This document shows, piece by piece, positions 50,101 through 62,745 of a stretch of 64,000 nt of DNA. Below the pieces are notes generated by a model that did no database searches, was not told where the DNA came from, and saw only the letters and a list, made by a program, of their open reading frames with translations. A program made the position numbers and the translations under genes. Positions within the stretch are counted from its first letter, which is position 1, and each line of letters begins with the position of its first letter. Source of the DNA: Entomortierella parvispora E1425 (lineage: Eukaryota; Fungi; Mortierellomycota); NCBI GenBank assembly GCA_020891255.1, contig BQFW01000006.1:372001-436000 (forward strand), read 5' to 3'.

Positions 50101-50763
50101 CGTGCTTTGCTGACCTCAATTTTCAGAGCTTCTACTAATGACTTGTCTATGAATGACTTCGTGGCTCCAGAATCAATTAGTGCTTCAAATTGAAGGCCTT
50201 CGAAGTAGATCGGTACTACAAGTCTCTTGTCATTGTCGTTCTGGTCACCCATTTCATTGTATATAAGTGTTTCAAACATGTGTGATTGCTCATCGTTTAT
50301 TGTCATGTGCTCCTGTGGTATGTCTTGTGACATTCTACTTTCCCTCCCCGCATGTGCCAGGACTGAATCTGTGGAGTGAACAGACTCTATGAATTCTTTA
50401 TCTGACACTGGCGACATGTCTCTAGTCTGAGAGGAGTAGGACGCAAGAGTGAGTGCGTTGAAGTTGATATCAAGATCGTGGTATGTTTGCCACACATTTT
50501 TACGAGAGCGTAGTATATGAAGAGGGTCCTTACTGTAATTGCGCTCACGAGAGTTGTGGCTATCCCTGTTGTCTCTGCGCTGGCGATTGTCAGCTTGATA
50601 TGGCCCGAAGCGGCTTGATCCGCGGTGGGAACGGTCTTGTCGATCGTCTGAGTTGTGTGAGCTACGCTCCGAGTGTTCATTGCGTCGTCGTTCGTCGTTC
50701 TGGCGCGCACGGCAGGCGTCCTTCTTATGGCCTAGCTTGTTGCAGTAGTCGCAGCTGATATGG
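47151..50763 (-). CDS. Element E pol (zinc knuckle, PR, RT, RNase H, IN); 3' part of the interrupted gag-pol ORF
   Basis: 1205-aa ORF with the domain motifs in gypsy order. Confidence 0.9.
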
Positions 50764-50874
50764 TGCAATAGGAGTATCGAGGGTGGAGTGGAGACAAGAA
50801 GTGAGTTTTATTATATTGCAAGTTTCTAGCTTTTGTAGGTACACATCGCGTGATGTCACCGTATTCCTGTTACA

Positions 50875-50886
50875 CCTTCCCCTTTT
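50875..50886 (-). other. Polypurine tract of element F (AAAAGGGGAAGG)
   Basis: Abuts the TG of the 3' LTR. Confidence 0.85.
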
Positions 50887-53800
50887 AAAAAATGATACCG
50901 TGCTGCTCTTTGAAGGTTGTGACCAAGTCCATGCAGTTGTCCAAGTTGCTTACTGGGAGCCATTCGTCAGCTTCTCTGCCGTAGCCTTTGAATGACACTA
51001 GGAACTGGTGTTGTCTGCGGTAGAAGCGGTACTTTAAAATTTCGTCCACTTCATACTCCTCTTCGCCGTCAATTACAGTGGGATCCACGGGGGCAGGAGC
51101 TCGAATGCCGAGTGACTCCGGGGACGGCAAATAGGGTCGAAAAGGTATCAACGTGGAAGACGTCATGGATTTTGTAGAATGGTGGCAGCTCGACGCGGAA
51201 GGTGACAGGTGAGTGTTGCTCCAAAAGTGTGAACGGGCCAAGGAATTGAGGTCGAAGTTTATCGGCTGGTCTGATACTGTCGGCAGGGATGGTGATATTG
51301 GTGGCACGCAGCAGGACCTTATCGCCAACCTTGTACTTGTGATCCCGTCGTCGCTTGTTTGCCTGTTGCTCCTGATGATCCTGAGCACGCTGCAGAGCAT
51401 CCTGGGCCAGGGCAAGGGTGGTCGCCTGCTCAGTCAGGAAGGTATCGACAGTGGGGACTGAGCTGCTGGGTTTACCGAGGAGAGCGGTGGGGAGACGAGG
51501 GTGCTGGCCAGAGTTGAGGAAGAACGGCGAGTATCCCGTGGATGCATTGACAGCGTTGTTATAGGCGAATTCCAGTGACGGAAGGAGCTGGTCCCAGTTA
51601 GACTGCTTGTTGTCAATAAACGCTCTCAACATAGTCTTCAGCGTCTTGTTCATAACCTCTGTCTGCCCATCCGTCTGTGGGTGGTAGGCGGTTGACAGTG
51701 CAAGTTTGACATCCATTAGCCTGTGCAACTCTTGCCAGAATCTACTAGTGAATCGAGTGTCGCGGTCCGAGATGATGGATGTTGGTGTGCCATGCAGCTT
51801 AAAGATGTTGTCAAAAAACTGGTGGGCGACGTCGACGGCTGTGGCAGAGGTAGTACTGGGGACGAAGTGAGCTTGCTTGGTCAGCTTGTCGACAAACACT
51901 GTGATGGCGTCAAAATTTCTAGCTGTGGGCGGAAGAGGGCCGATGAAGTCCATGGTGACTACCTCCCAACGTTGCGAAGGAATGGGTAGCGGTTGCAAGA
52001 GTCCAGCTGGTCGATCCTGTGAGTCCTTGTTCCTTTGACACTTCTCGCAGGTTGCTACATACTGCTGGGTATCCTTGGCGATGTGGGGCCAATATACGAA
52101 ACGGCGCAGGTTGTCGTAAGTCTTTTGAAAACCAAAGTGTCCAGCAGTGGCAGAGTCGTGAGCGTCGTGCAAGAGAGTGAGGCGGATCGGGGAGTGCCGA
52201 GGGATGGCCAGGGTGGTTGCTCCACGTCGGGTAAAGTAGAGGAGGTTGTTCTGGAATGAATATCCATTGGCAACCTTCCCATCCAGGCAATCCTTGTAGA
52301 TGGGTCCAAGTCGAGGATCGTCGTTGTAGTCCTGGACAAGCTGGTCACGGACGTCCGGGGACAGGGAGACGCTGAGGTTGTATAGCTCAACAGGGTCAGG
52401 CTCGCGGTAGTCCGGTCGTCGGGAGAGAGCGTCTGGGACGATGTTGTCAACTCCTCGCTTGTACTTGAAGTCAAAGTCGTATTCCTGAAGCAACTCCATC
52501 CAGCGAGCCTGTCGACGAGTGAGTTTGGGCTGTGTGGGGGAAGTGGCGGAGGGTGGCGTGGTCGGTGTGGACGCTGAACTTGGTTCCATCGAGGTAGTAG
52601 CGCCAAGTGCGGAGCGCATGGATGACAGCCAACAGTTCCTGCTCATGGACAGGGTAGTTCCGCTCAGCTGACTGCATTTTCCTGGAAGTGAATGCGATGG
52701 GATGGGTATTCCCTTCCCGGTCAGTCTGCAGCAGCACTGCACCGATGGCGAAACCGGATGCATCTGTTTCGACAAAGGTGAGAGATCAGGGTCGAAGATG
52801 CGGAGGACGGGGGCGGAGCAGATGGCGCGTTTGAGCTGAAGGAATGCAGATTGTTGTTCGTCGGTCCATTTGAAGGGAGTGTTGTTGGCGAGGAGGGAAG
52901 AGAGAGGGAGGGCAATCCCTGCAAAGCCCGATACGTACTGTTGATAAAATTGCGCAAGCCCCAAAAATTGCTGGACGTCCTTTGTGCTCTTGGGGGTGGG
53001 CCAGTCACTGATGGCTTTGCTGAGCCCGGCCGATGTTTTGATCCCGTCCTTCGTGATGGTGTGGCCCAAAAATTCAGTTTCGTCTTGCATGAAGGAGCAC
53101 TTGCTCAATTTCGCGTACAGACCGTTCTTGCGGAGGAGAGCCAGGACGCTTCGGAGATGCTGCAGGTGTTCTTTCTTTGTCTTGGAGTAGATCAACAGAT
53201 CGTCGAGATACACGACAACCCATTTGTCCAAGACTGGATCGAGCACTCGCAACATCATATTGGAGAACGAAGCAGGAGCGTTAGTAAGGCCAAAGGGAAC
53301 AACATTGAACTCAAAGTGACCATAGCGACAACGGAAGGCAGTCTTGTGTGTGTGTGGTTCAAAGATACGCTGCTGATGATAACCGGATAACAAGTCCAAC
53401 TTGGAGTAATAGCGTGCTCCACGGAAGCGGTCAAGTAGCTCGTCGATACGGGGCAACGGGTGTCTGTTCTTCCTGGTGATCTTGTTGAGGCCACGGTAGT
53501 CGACGCACATTCGGAGTGTGCCGTCCTTCTTCCGCACAAAGAGCACGGGGGCGCCATAGGGAGAGGTACTGGGTTTGATAAAACCTGCTGCTAGCAATTG
53601 GTCCAGTTGTTTGCGAAGTTCGTCAAGCTCGGCGATTGAAAGTCTAATGACAGGGCGGAAGGGTGGGTCGGCTGTCGGGTCGGTCTCGATCTTCATAGCA
53701 TCACCACGGTCTAGGGGCAGGCCGTCCGGGAGTTTCTCCGGAAAGACATCAGCGAACTCTTCCATGACAATGGACCGCACCTCTGGGGGTCATATCGGGA

Positions 53801-54682
53801 ATTGTACGCGGTTGGTCAGTTTCTTCAGAGGGCTCTGGGGTGTTGCGAATAAGGGCTAGGAACACCTCCGAGCCGGGCAGGGTTGCCATGGAATGAAAGT
53901 GCATGTGTGTGAGGAGGAGTCCTTTGGTGCGGCTTTGGATGTGATCGGCCTTGAAGCCGCGGCAGCTCCATTTGACATCGATTCCATTGTGAGTGAAATG
54001 AAGATCGTTGGTGCGCCAATTGATGCAAGGGTTAACTTTGGTGAGCCAGGGTTTGCCAAGGATGAGGTCGTATTTGTTGAGAGGATAGAGAATAGGGTTG
54101 AGCGAATCGGAGTAGTCGCTGCGGTTGAGGGTGATGGGGACGGTGTGTGATGTGAGGGAGGAAGAGCCATTGGGGAGGAGGATGGGGATGGGCAAGCATT
54201 CAGTGCGGAGGAGCTGGTGTCGCTTTTGAAAAGACGAACTGATAATATTACCTTCTGCACCACCATCAATCAGGATTCTGGCAGCGTGGCCATTGACAGA
54301 ACCGATGAAAGTGAGCAGTTGGCTCTCTGCCTTTTGGACAGTGAATTCGTGTAGGCGAATCGCACGACGCTTCAACTTCTTCAACTGACTTTTTGGACAG
54401 AGGTACACTAGGTGCCGGCGGTACAGCGAGAGGGTCCGGTTCATCTGTATCGGAGGATCTAGGTAGAGGAGCGGACAGGGCAACTGGAGCGGGCGAGGCA
54501 ACAGGTTTTTTGGTTTGGTTTTGGTTTCGGTCCGATAGAACAACCAGAGCATCGTGGATGTGAGTTCGCTTGTCATGATTGGAGTCATGTTTCTGAGGTG
54601 TAGAATCAAGTGAAGTTTTATTTGAGGTACTTAGCTCAGGGTTGTTGGCTACAGTTTCGACAACTGGGGGTCCGGACCGACC

Positions 54683-55603
54683 CTAGTTGCCGGAGGCTTT
54701 TCCCGAATCAGGGGATTCACCCGCGGTTACTTGATTAATTCCTCGGCTGCCGTTGCCGTACTTAGGGCAATTGGGACTGATGTGACCCAATTCGCGGCAG
54801 CGGAAGCAGCCACCGTTACGTACAAGGTACTCTCGGTCGGCGGCGGTCAGGGGTGCGGGGCGATCTCGAGAAGGGTTGTTAGTACCGTTGGTGGGGCGGT
54901 TCTGTAAGGAGCGGTGAAGGGTGCCGAGTTGCTTATGGATATTGTTGAGTTGGATATGAATATTGTCCACTTCCATTGCGTTGGGGTCGGTGATACCAGC
55001 AGAGGATCCCGAGGCAGCCAGTGCTTTGGCACCGAGTGATGGGTCTCCAGTGTGGAAGATACGACCGAACTCCTCCGCGGCCTTGAAGAGTCTGGGCAGA
55101 TCTATGGTGTCGTTGCCTGCATTAACAATGGCCACTTCCAGCATCTGGCGAAGCTGAGTAGGTGCACCACTGAGAAAGGCAGTACGGATAGTATCGTTGA
55201 GAACTGCGTTGTCGGCGTAGTAAGACTGGAGGAGCAGGTGGTATTCACGGGCTTTGGTAATATAGGCCATGACGTTGGAGATGTTCAATGGTAGTGTCAT
55301 TTTCATTTGCATTGTGAGGGCGAGAATGTGCTCCTTAAACTTCGCAGGACTGAACTCGGTGGCAAGGAGCTCGCTGAAATCCGGGAATGAGGTGTCGGAT
55401 GGCTTGTTTAAGAGTGCCCACCAGCCGATAACCTCATCGCCGGCAAAGGCAAGGGTAACCCCGACCTTGCGAGGTTCGGCAATTCCAGCGCCATCGAAGA
55501 AAAAGGTCATGCGTTTCAGAAAACCGAGAACAGAGAATCCGTCGCGCTTGCCGTTGAACGGTGTTGGATGAGGGAATTTGAATGACGGTGTCGCGGGGTC
55601 CAT
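54683..55603 (-). CDS. Element F gag (~306 aa)
   Basis: From ATG 55603 (MDPATPSFKFPHPTPFNGKRD...); retrotransposon gag-like with C-terminal CCHC knuckle. Confidence 0.85.
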   Translation of the reverse strand: MDPATPSFKFPHPTPFNGKRDGFSVLGFLKRMTFFFDGAGIAEPRKVGVTLAFAGDEVIGWWALLNKPSDTSFPDFSELLATEFSPAKFKEHILALTMQMKMTLPLNISNVMAYITKAREYHLLLQSYYADNAVLNDTIRTAFLSGAPTQLRQMLEVAIVNAGNDTIDLPRLFKAAEEFGRIFHTGDPSLGAKALAASGSSAGITDPNAMEVDNIHIQLNNIHKQLGTLHRSLQNRPTNGTNNPSRDRPAPLTAADREYLVRNGGCFRCRELGHISPNCPKYGNGSRGINQVTAGESPDSGKASGN

Positions 55604-55709
55604 GTTGGGTGAATTGTCGAGGGAGAGTTGATCGAAGAGGGATACGAGGGGGTCCAGGGTGTAAGTGTGTCGGAGGGTCAGTGGGTCAGTGAGGTCAGTG
55701 GATCGAAAA

Positions 55710-55721
55710 CCTTTGCTACCA
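55710..55721 (-). other. Primer-binding site of element F (TGGTAGCAAAGG), tRNA-iMet-like
   Basis: Immediately after the 5' LTR; begins TGG (complementary to CCA) and resembles initiator-Met PBS sequences (TGGTAGC...). Confidence 0.7.
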
Positions 55722-55832
55722 TGCAATAGGAGTATCGAGGGTGGAGTGGAGACAAGAAGTGAGTTTTATTATATTGCAAGTTTCTAGCTTTTGTAGGTAC
55801 ACATCGCGTGATGTCACCGTATTCCTGTTACA

Positions 55833-56898
55833 TATGGTCCTTGGAAACGTGGTTGCCGTTCTTGTTACATTTATCACACCACATCTGCTTCGACTCAGCC
55901 TTGGCGGCGTGAGAGTTGGTGGTGGGCATTACTGGAGCGCTAAAGTTTTCGCGAGCTCCAGCTGGTCCTGTTAGCTTGCCCAGTGCGATACAAAAATCAG
56001 CGATAGCAATTGGAGTGTCTGGCACTGATGTTGCTTGTGGGTTGTCCAGTACGTATTGCGATTGGAATCGCGTGTTGACTGTGTCCATTTCAGATGATGC
56101 AAGTCCTTGTCGGAGCAGAGTCAAAACCACATCGTTGTTGTCTTGTACTCGGAATAGCTTTGTAGCTCTTGCGATCCGATGAGCGTAGTGACTATATGGC
56201 TCTCCTGCGAGTCGTCCAAATTTGGTGAGCGTGGTAACAGCGTTTTCTCGCTCTTCGATTGTTAAACATGTCTCGAAGAACGTCCTCTCGAGATAGTCCA
56301 CTGTCAGCACCTCCTTGGGTGCCTTGAACTTCTCTTTCAGATTGGCATGAAAGTGGTCGTTGTGGACCAGGTACAGGAGGTATTTGTCTCCATGACTTCC
56401 TATGATTTGCTCCCCCACATACGGCGCGATTTCTCGTTCGAAGTGCGCCCACCAGTCGTATGCCGATAGGGATCCTGATGATCCGAATCGAAGCCATGTG
56501 GATAGAGGCTTGACAGGAAATCCTGCCTCAGATCGCGCTTGTGGAGCATGGTTGCTTGCGCTTCGATCCTGCTCTTGATAACGGTCTACGGTGGACTGAT
56601 TTGGATATGCCCATTGTGCTGGTACAGGGCGGCGAGCTGCGTGAAGAGCATTGTATGTTTGCTCCATACTGCTGAGGAAGTCCTCGTTGCGCTTATGTTC
56701 TTCCTCCATCTTGTCTGTTTCCGGTGTGAGGTCCATGGGAGCTGTACCGGCATGGGTGACTCTTTTGTTACGTGAGATATGTAAAAGGAGTCTTACATTG
56801 GTGAGCCGAGTAGCTTCCATCTGTGCGTACGTTGCCGCAATGTCTGCCTCTATTTCCGCATCTGTTATGTCAGGCAGGGCAGTATGGGTAGGTACCGC
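55833..56898 (-). CDS. Element E gag (5' part of the interrupted ORF)
   Basis: 330-aa ORF with gag-like FPVKPLSTW...AYDWWAHF; continues in frame into the E pol ORF once F is excised. Confidence 0.8.
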
Positions 56899-57965
56899 TG
56901 TGATGTTGTCTAAAGTAAGTATAGTCTAACGTCAGCAAAGGCTGGAGGTGAAAATGATAACGAAAAGAATAATAACGAACAAAGCTCGCTGCTTACATAT
57001 GATAGGGACTTTGCTCTCTGTGCCACAAGGATCAAGCACAGCACTGCTATATGCTCAGATACAATCTCGAGAGAATGAACTGGATAGACAGGAGGAGGAG
57101 AATGAGCAACAGGATCACGATATAAGCAGGAACGAAACTGAAAGGAGACTAATAAGGACATACCAATGAGCTAAGCACGTCCTAATGGTAACCAAACAGG
57201 AGAATAAACAACTACGGAGGCGAACACTAGGTACTATACTAACTAATAACAACAACAAGGGAGGATTGAAGGGATCTAATCAGTAAGAGCACGGCCAGAA
57301 ATATTCTATCCAGGGAAAGGGGACAAGGCCGCCTAACTGAGGGTTCAGGAGGGACTCGAGGGAAGGCGACGAGAAGATAAGGGAGGTTCCCAAGCACCAG
57401 TTAAGGCCTCAGGATGCCCAAGCGCCAGTTAAGGCCTCAGGATGCCCAAGCGCCAGTTAAGGCCTCAGGATGGGATGCCAAGATCGTACAAGTCCACTCA
57501 AAAGAGACAAGACATTGTTGGTACCTCGTAAGTGAGCAAGGACACGGAGAAGTGGTTGGCCGAGGTTCTTGACGGGACTTGTCGAGGACGGGGAAGATCG
57601 TAACTTGTGAGTGTACAAGGTCGATCAACAGAACGCAATAGGTCTGTGATATCCAAAGGTAAGGGGGGGAGGAGGTTTAGACTAGCTACTAATAGTCTCA
57701 GCAATCGGAATTAAGGCGTCGAGCTTGCTGCTGCTGCAAAGGGGATATCGGGCAGGAAGGGGGGGATGTATGTTTGGGTTCTGAAGGGTTCAACAAAAGT
57801 GTACTGGCAGGAATCGTAAAGGAAAAAGGCAACCAGGAGCAAAATGGATTTTGCTCCCTTCTTTATAGAAAAAAAAACTGAAACTAAACAAAATAATAAA
57901 TGCTACTGAAAATATATCTCTACTCCGATGGATGTGGACCGGGACTCCACATCTACTACACCACA
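56899..57965. mobile_element. Solo LTR 'B', copy 2 (1067 bp); flanks CCGC / CCGA do not form a perfect TSD
   Basis: Near-identical to 45561-46601; has one extra 28-bp unit (CCAGTTAAGGCCTCAGGATGCCCAAGCG), two G-runs one base shorter and a few SNPs. Confidence 0.88.
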
Positions 57966-58048
57966 CCGATCCCAGGGTCTCTTTCTCACATCCTCCTATG
58001 TGAGAGCAAGCCAGTGAGTGTCTCTGGTGGGCTGATCCCCATATCCTA

Positions 58049-61000
58049 CTAGGTCGTTCGTTTATACGGTCTAAGGCGACTGTGATTAACGGGTCGACCT
58101 CCATAATATCGATGCCATTGTCCATCGATCTTTTCACTCAATCGATAGGCTCCTCCGGGCAAAGCTTCAACAATAACGTAAGGTCCCTTCCATCTGGGTG
58201 AGAGCTTACCGCTCCACTGCTTGAGAAGCGCGGATTGATGTACTAGTACCTCATCTCCAACTTCGTACTGTCGAGGGGGAGGGAGGTCGGCTGCATCGGT
58301 GGACCATTTGTGCTCATTTATGATCCTTTGATGAACCTCCGCGCGTAAAACTCCCAAGATTTCCCGTCTCTCCTCATCCACCTCTTCACGTTCTTCCAAG
58401 TCCATGTTGTGGTTAAGATAGATATCCCAGGGAAGGCGGGCTCGTTGCCCAAAAAGGATCTCGAACGGTGAAACCCCCCGGGTCTGTTTGATCTGGGTTC
58501 TCCAAGTCCAGGTAACACGATCCAGAATGGTAGCCCACGCATTCTCTGGTAATCCATCGTGCTGGATGATACGGGCCATTTGACGCACCATGAAACCATT
58601 ATACCGCTCTACCATTCCGTTGGTCTGTGCATGATATGCAGAGGCTGGATCCAGATCGATCATATGCTTGATACACCATGCTTTGAAGACTCCTGCGGAC
58701 AACGATGATCCATTATCCGTGATGATACGTTTAGGATGGCCGTATTGCATCGCCCAATGTTTTTCAACTGTTCGCAAGACTAGGTTTCCAGACAAGGATG
58801 ACAATGCAACGGACACAACCCATCCGGAGAGATAATCCACCATGTTCAAAACGAATCTTTTTCCATTGGACATTGGCAAAGGTCCGACGGCATCTAGTCC
58901 CACAGTCTCAAAGATAGTTCGAGGCGGAGGTATGCGATGGAAACGATATCGGGTGGGGTCTCGTGCCTGATACCGTTGACATGCATCACAGCTGGATAAG
59001 TGTTCCTTAACGTCCTTGTACATCCCAGGCCAGAAGTATCCCTCGGCGATGAGAGTATAGGTCGAAACTACGCCCAGATGCCCGACGATGGTGGATCCAT
59101 GAGCGCGTTCTAACACCCTAGATACTTCTCCAGGCGGCACGTATTGGCGAGGCATGCCGCTAGGCGTGCGCTTGAATAGACGACCTTGAGCAACAAAATA
59201 CTTGGGTAGCATGCTCATAATTTTGCCCCTTGAATTTTTGTCCAAATAGGTCAAAGGATCTCCTTGTAACGCAGCCACAATTGAGACGAATGGCTCTTGG
59301 TCCTCCGAGATGAGCAAAGTGCTCATCAACCTCTTGTTTTCTTGTATCTCAATGGCTTCCTCCACCCCAAGGTCCGGTAGATCCTCCCCAGTGACATTCT
59401 TGTGATGGATGCGAGATAAAGGATCGGAGTCTTTCATGTCCCGCCCGGGTCGATGATGAATGGTAACCCGGTATTGGGCGATGATTAATGTCCACCGAGT
59501 GAGTCGCGCGCTCCTCGAAGAAAGGTTATGCATGTATAACAACGCCCGATGGTCGATGAAGACATGAATCTCCTTCCCTTCTAACAGATGACTGTGCTTG
59601 ACGAGGCAATACACTAGTCCTAGCAATTCGCGCTCCGTGGCAAAATAACGAGACTCGGCCCCCGATAATTTCCGGCTTCCAAAAACAATGGGCTGATATT
59701 TGACGTTGATATCGATCCGATCGTCATCTTCTGGGTTCAGACAATGAGCAACCACATGCCCTGTGGCGAAATCCGACGTGTCGGCGGATATAATAACCGG
59801 TCTCTTATGGTCCATCATAATTAGAACTGGAGCGGTGACCAGAGCAACCTGAATATCGCGGAAGGCTTTCATATATTTGGGATCTGACATCCATTTTTCC
59901 ACAAAAGCGTTTGGATCCTTGTGTAATTTGTACAGAGGAAACAATGGGGCAGCCATGGCAGAAAAGTTGGATATGAAATCACACAAAAATAAAGCAAAAC
60001 CAACGAAACCGCGTAGTTCAGTGACATTCTGAGGCACGGGCCAATATTCCATCTTGAATAGCTTCTTGGGGTCCGCAGAGATCCGACTATCTCCTACAAT
60101 CCTTCCCAAGAACTCGCGCTGTTTGACAAAGAACGCCGATTTCTTGCCTGAAAACGAACCGTTGAACATATCCATGCGGGCTAGCACTTCTTCAACGGTG
60201 CGGAAATGGAGATGAAAGGTGCCGTCGCCTGTAGCCATGTCGTCCACGAAATTCCCTAGTCGTTCCTTGATTGTGCTGAAGACCTCGCCCATGTGTCGAG
60301 TATACCATTGCATAGAATCGATCAATCCCATAGGCAATACGTTATACTCGTATAATCCATCCGGAAAGGCGACGGCGGTGAGGAAGCGACTGTCTTCGGC
60401 GATAGGTGATTGAAGATACCCATCTTTGCAATCCCAAAATGACAAAAACTCGCATCCTTGCAACTTGTATATCTCGGTGATGGGATCCGGTAGCGGCCAT
60501 GCCATAGGTGCAATCAACTTGTTGACTGGTATGAAATTAACGCATACCCGATAGGAGTTATCCTTCTTTTGTATTAAGAGCGGATTGCAGGAGGCAGGAG
60601 AGCTGGATCGCCTCATCTTTCCAGCCTTGACCATTTGATCGCGATATTCACATAAAGTGGTTATCTGACCCGGTGAATATTTCTTGTTGTACGCACGCGG
60701 AAACTTTGAGCCAGGCTTGAGGTGGAAAGAAGCGGGTGCTTCCAACATATCAGCGTTCAGAGTCCTTGACATCTCGCCCTCCTTTGGAAAACATTCCTCA
60801 TGTTTCTGGAAAATACGCCGAATTTCTGATAAATTATCATGCACCTCCGGTATGTCTCCCACATACACTGATCGTTCCTCCAAACCAGGCAGCAACATGA
60901 CCGGAGTGTTAGTCAACCGGTCTCGGCAACGTGGTGCTTCCAGGTGGAAACCATAGGAGTCATTCACCATGATCGGAGAAGCGTCGAAGATAGAACTGAT

Positions 61001-62745
61001 TTCAGCAGATGGTGACGGGTGGGAAGCATCTACAACGGAGAGACATGATACAGGTTGACGACCATCCGGAATAGGGGGTTCTGGGAAAACCGCTTGCAAA
61101 AACCAACAATTGACAATGTCTCCCTTGGCATCGTCCTGCTTGAGTTGTTCCACGGTAGTGCGCTCTACCCTCCCTTCCTGGATGTTTCGAATAAGGAGGG
61201 CGTATCCTTCATCCTCATCTTCTTTTTCGCTGGTGGAGGACGCTTCGTTATCGGTACCTGAATCCTCGGACGTGTCTTCGCTGAGTTCGGCTTCGGATTC
61301 ACTCGTATCGTCTTGGTTGTCAACGCGAGAAACGATCGGAAGGGTACGGGCGCGACCATCAATTGTGACCTTGAATCCTTGGACATGCAAGGTAGTGATA
61401 GCAGTAGACCAATTTGTGTATCCGCTGCAAGCCTCGAGAAATGGGCGGCCCAACAAAATATCGAAGTCGACAGAATCCACCATCACGCAGCCCGCTGGAA
61501 TCATGATACCTTGAATGTCGATAGGAACGCCCGGAGCTTCTCCAGCAACTCCAGCGTTTCCAGTCAAACCTTTCAACGAAAATGACGAGTAAGGTGTGTG
61601 GTTGGTTATCCCGATTTGATCGAGAAATCCACGACGGATAACATTGACACAGGAGCCACCATCCAACAAAATCTCGCACTTGGTTCCCATGATGGCAGCC
61701 CTGAATCCATGGGTGTCGGTTTTGGATCGTTCCACTCGGTTCAGAAAAACACGTAGCTCTTCTATTTCGGACTCGCCCAGTAATAACGAGGGATATTCTT
61801 GAGTGAGTAGGACTCGCTCCTCGCGCGGCACAGTTTTCAGCGAGGCTTGTACAGTCCGTCTAATGCTGGGTGACAACTCCATCAGTTGCCCGATGGTTAA
61901 GCCTTCGACTTTGGTGGTTCGTAAGCACTGACGGATGTCAAAAGGTTTCTGCTTCAACTGCAACACGATAGGATTGGGTAACGACTTCAAAAACGCCTCA
62001 TCTGACTCGAGGGTAAGATCCGGTCCGTCCGTTTTTTTTTTCTTTTGCTCCCCTTTTTTGTCGTTCTTGCTGCTCTCTTTTTTCTTTTCGGGCGAGGGTG
62101 GCCGTGACTGGTCTTTTTCCTCCCATGTGATCTTCTTGGCCGATGACGCACGCATGCTCGTTCCATCATCTCTTCCTCCATTCACTTTTCTTGTCTCCAT
62201 TACTTTTCGACTTTCCTTCGGCGGCACCATCATCCTTCGTAATCCGCCATCTGAGTCGTCCGCCTCCATCTCATCTCGCCCATCTCTCTCAATTCCCTTC
62301 GTTGCCTTGATTGCATCTTGTGCAGCGATGGTTCGTTCGAGCCGGGCCAAGTTTTCCGCAGCAGATGGACCTTCAATGGAACTTGGGACACTCTCCTTGG
62401 GCTTGATGGGAATCTCCACTGCGGTCATCATCTCTCGTCGAGGAGGAGGATCGACATCCATCGAGCGAGCCTTGGCCGCAGCATGTTGGAGGGCTTTGAC
62501 ATGCGACATGGCAGATGGGCCAACACGTGTAGTCATGGCAGGTGGTCTTTTCAGGACTTGGGTGGCAGCGTTGGGGCGAGGCACTCCTCGAGGCGGCGGC
62601 GCTTTTGCATACGGTAACGAGCTGGTAGGGTTGCGGGTAGTGGGACGAGTAGCAACCAGTACGCTTACTTCTTCTGTGTTTTCTCCATGGATAGGGTCAG
62701 GGGGTTCATGGTTTGGAGTCTCTCCATGGTCCCCTTCTAAAAATC
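58049..62745 (-). CDS. Element C pol, open from the gag overlap to the stop (expressed via a predicted -1 frameshift)
   Basis: The 1511-aa ORF frame stays open upstream to the GGATTTT site at 62740-62746. Confidence 0.85.

Larger units (their letters stand above)
50764..55832 (-). mobile_element. Full-length Ty3/gypsy chromovirus 'F' (5069 bp) with identical 111-bp LTRs and 5-bp TSD TATGG
   Basis: LTRs 50764-50874 and 55722-55832 are identical; TATGG at 50759-50763 and 55833-55837; gag zinc knuckle CFRCRELGHISPNC; PR LIDGGA; RT YLDD; RNase H; IN; chromodomain YEVDEIL; several 1-nt homopolymer frameshifts in pol. Confidence 0.95.
46689..56898 (-). mobile_element. Ty3/gypsy chromovirus-like element 'E' (single gag-pol ORF with chromodomain), interrupted by element F; 5' LTR not in place
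   Basis: Removing F restores ...CDKCNKNGNHVSKDH|ISCDYCNKLGHKKDAC; protease ALIDSGAT, RT FIDD, RNase H TDASN, integrase HHCC/DDE, GPY; chromodomain EWEYKAKWAGY after a +1 shift in a G run (~47194-47199); PPT GGAGGGGAAG before the 3' LTR. Confidence 0.88.

Noticed and set aside
55604-55726. Upstream extension of the F gag ORF
   Set aside because: It begins inside the LTR and crosses the PBS; leader sequence rather than coding
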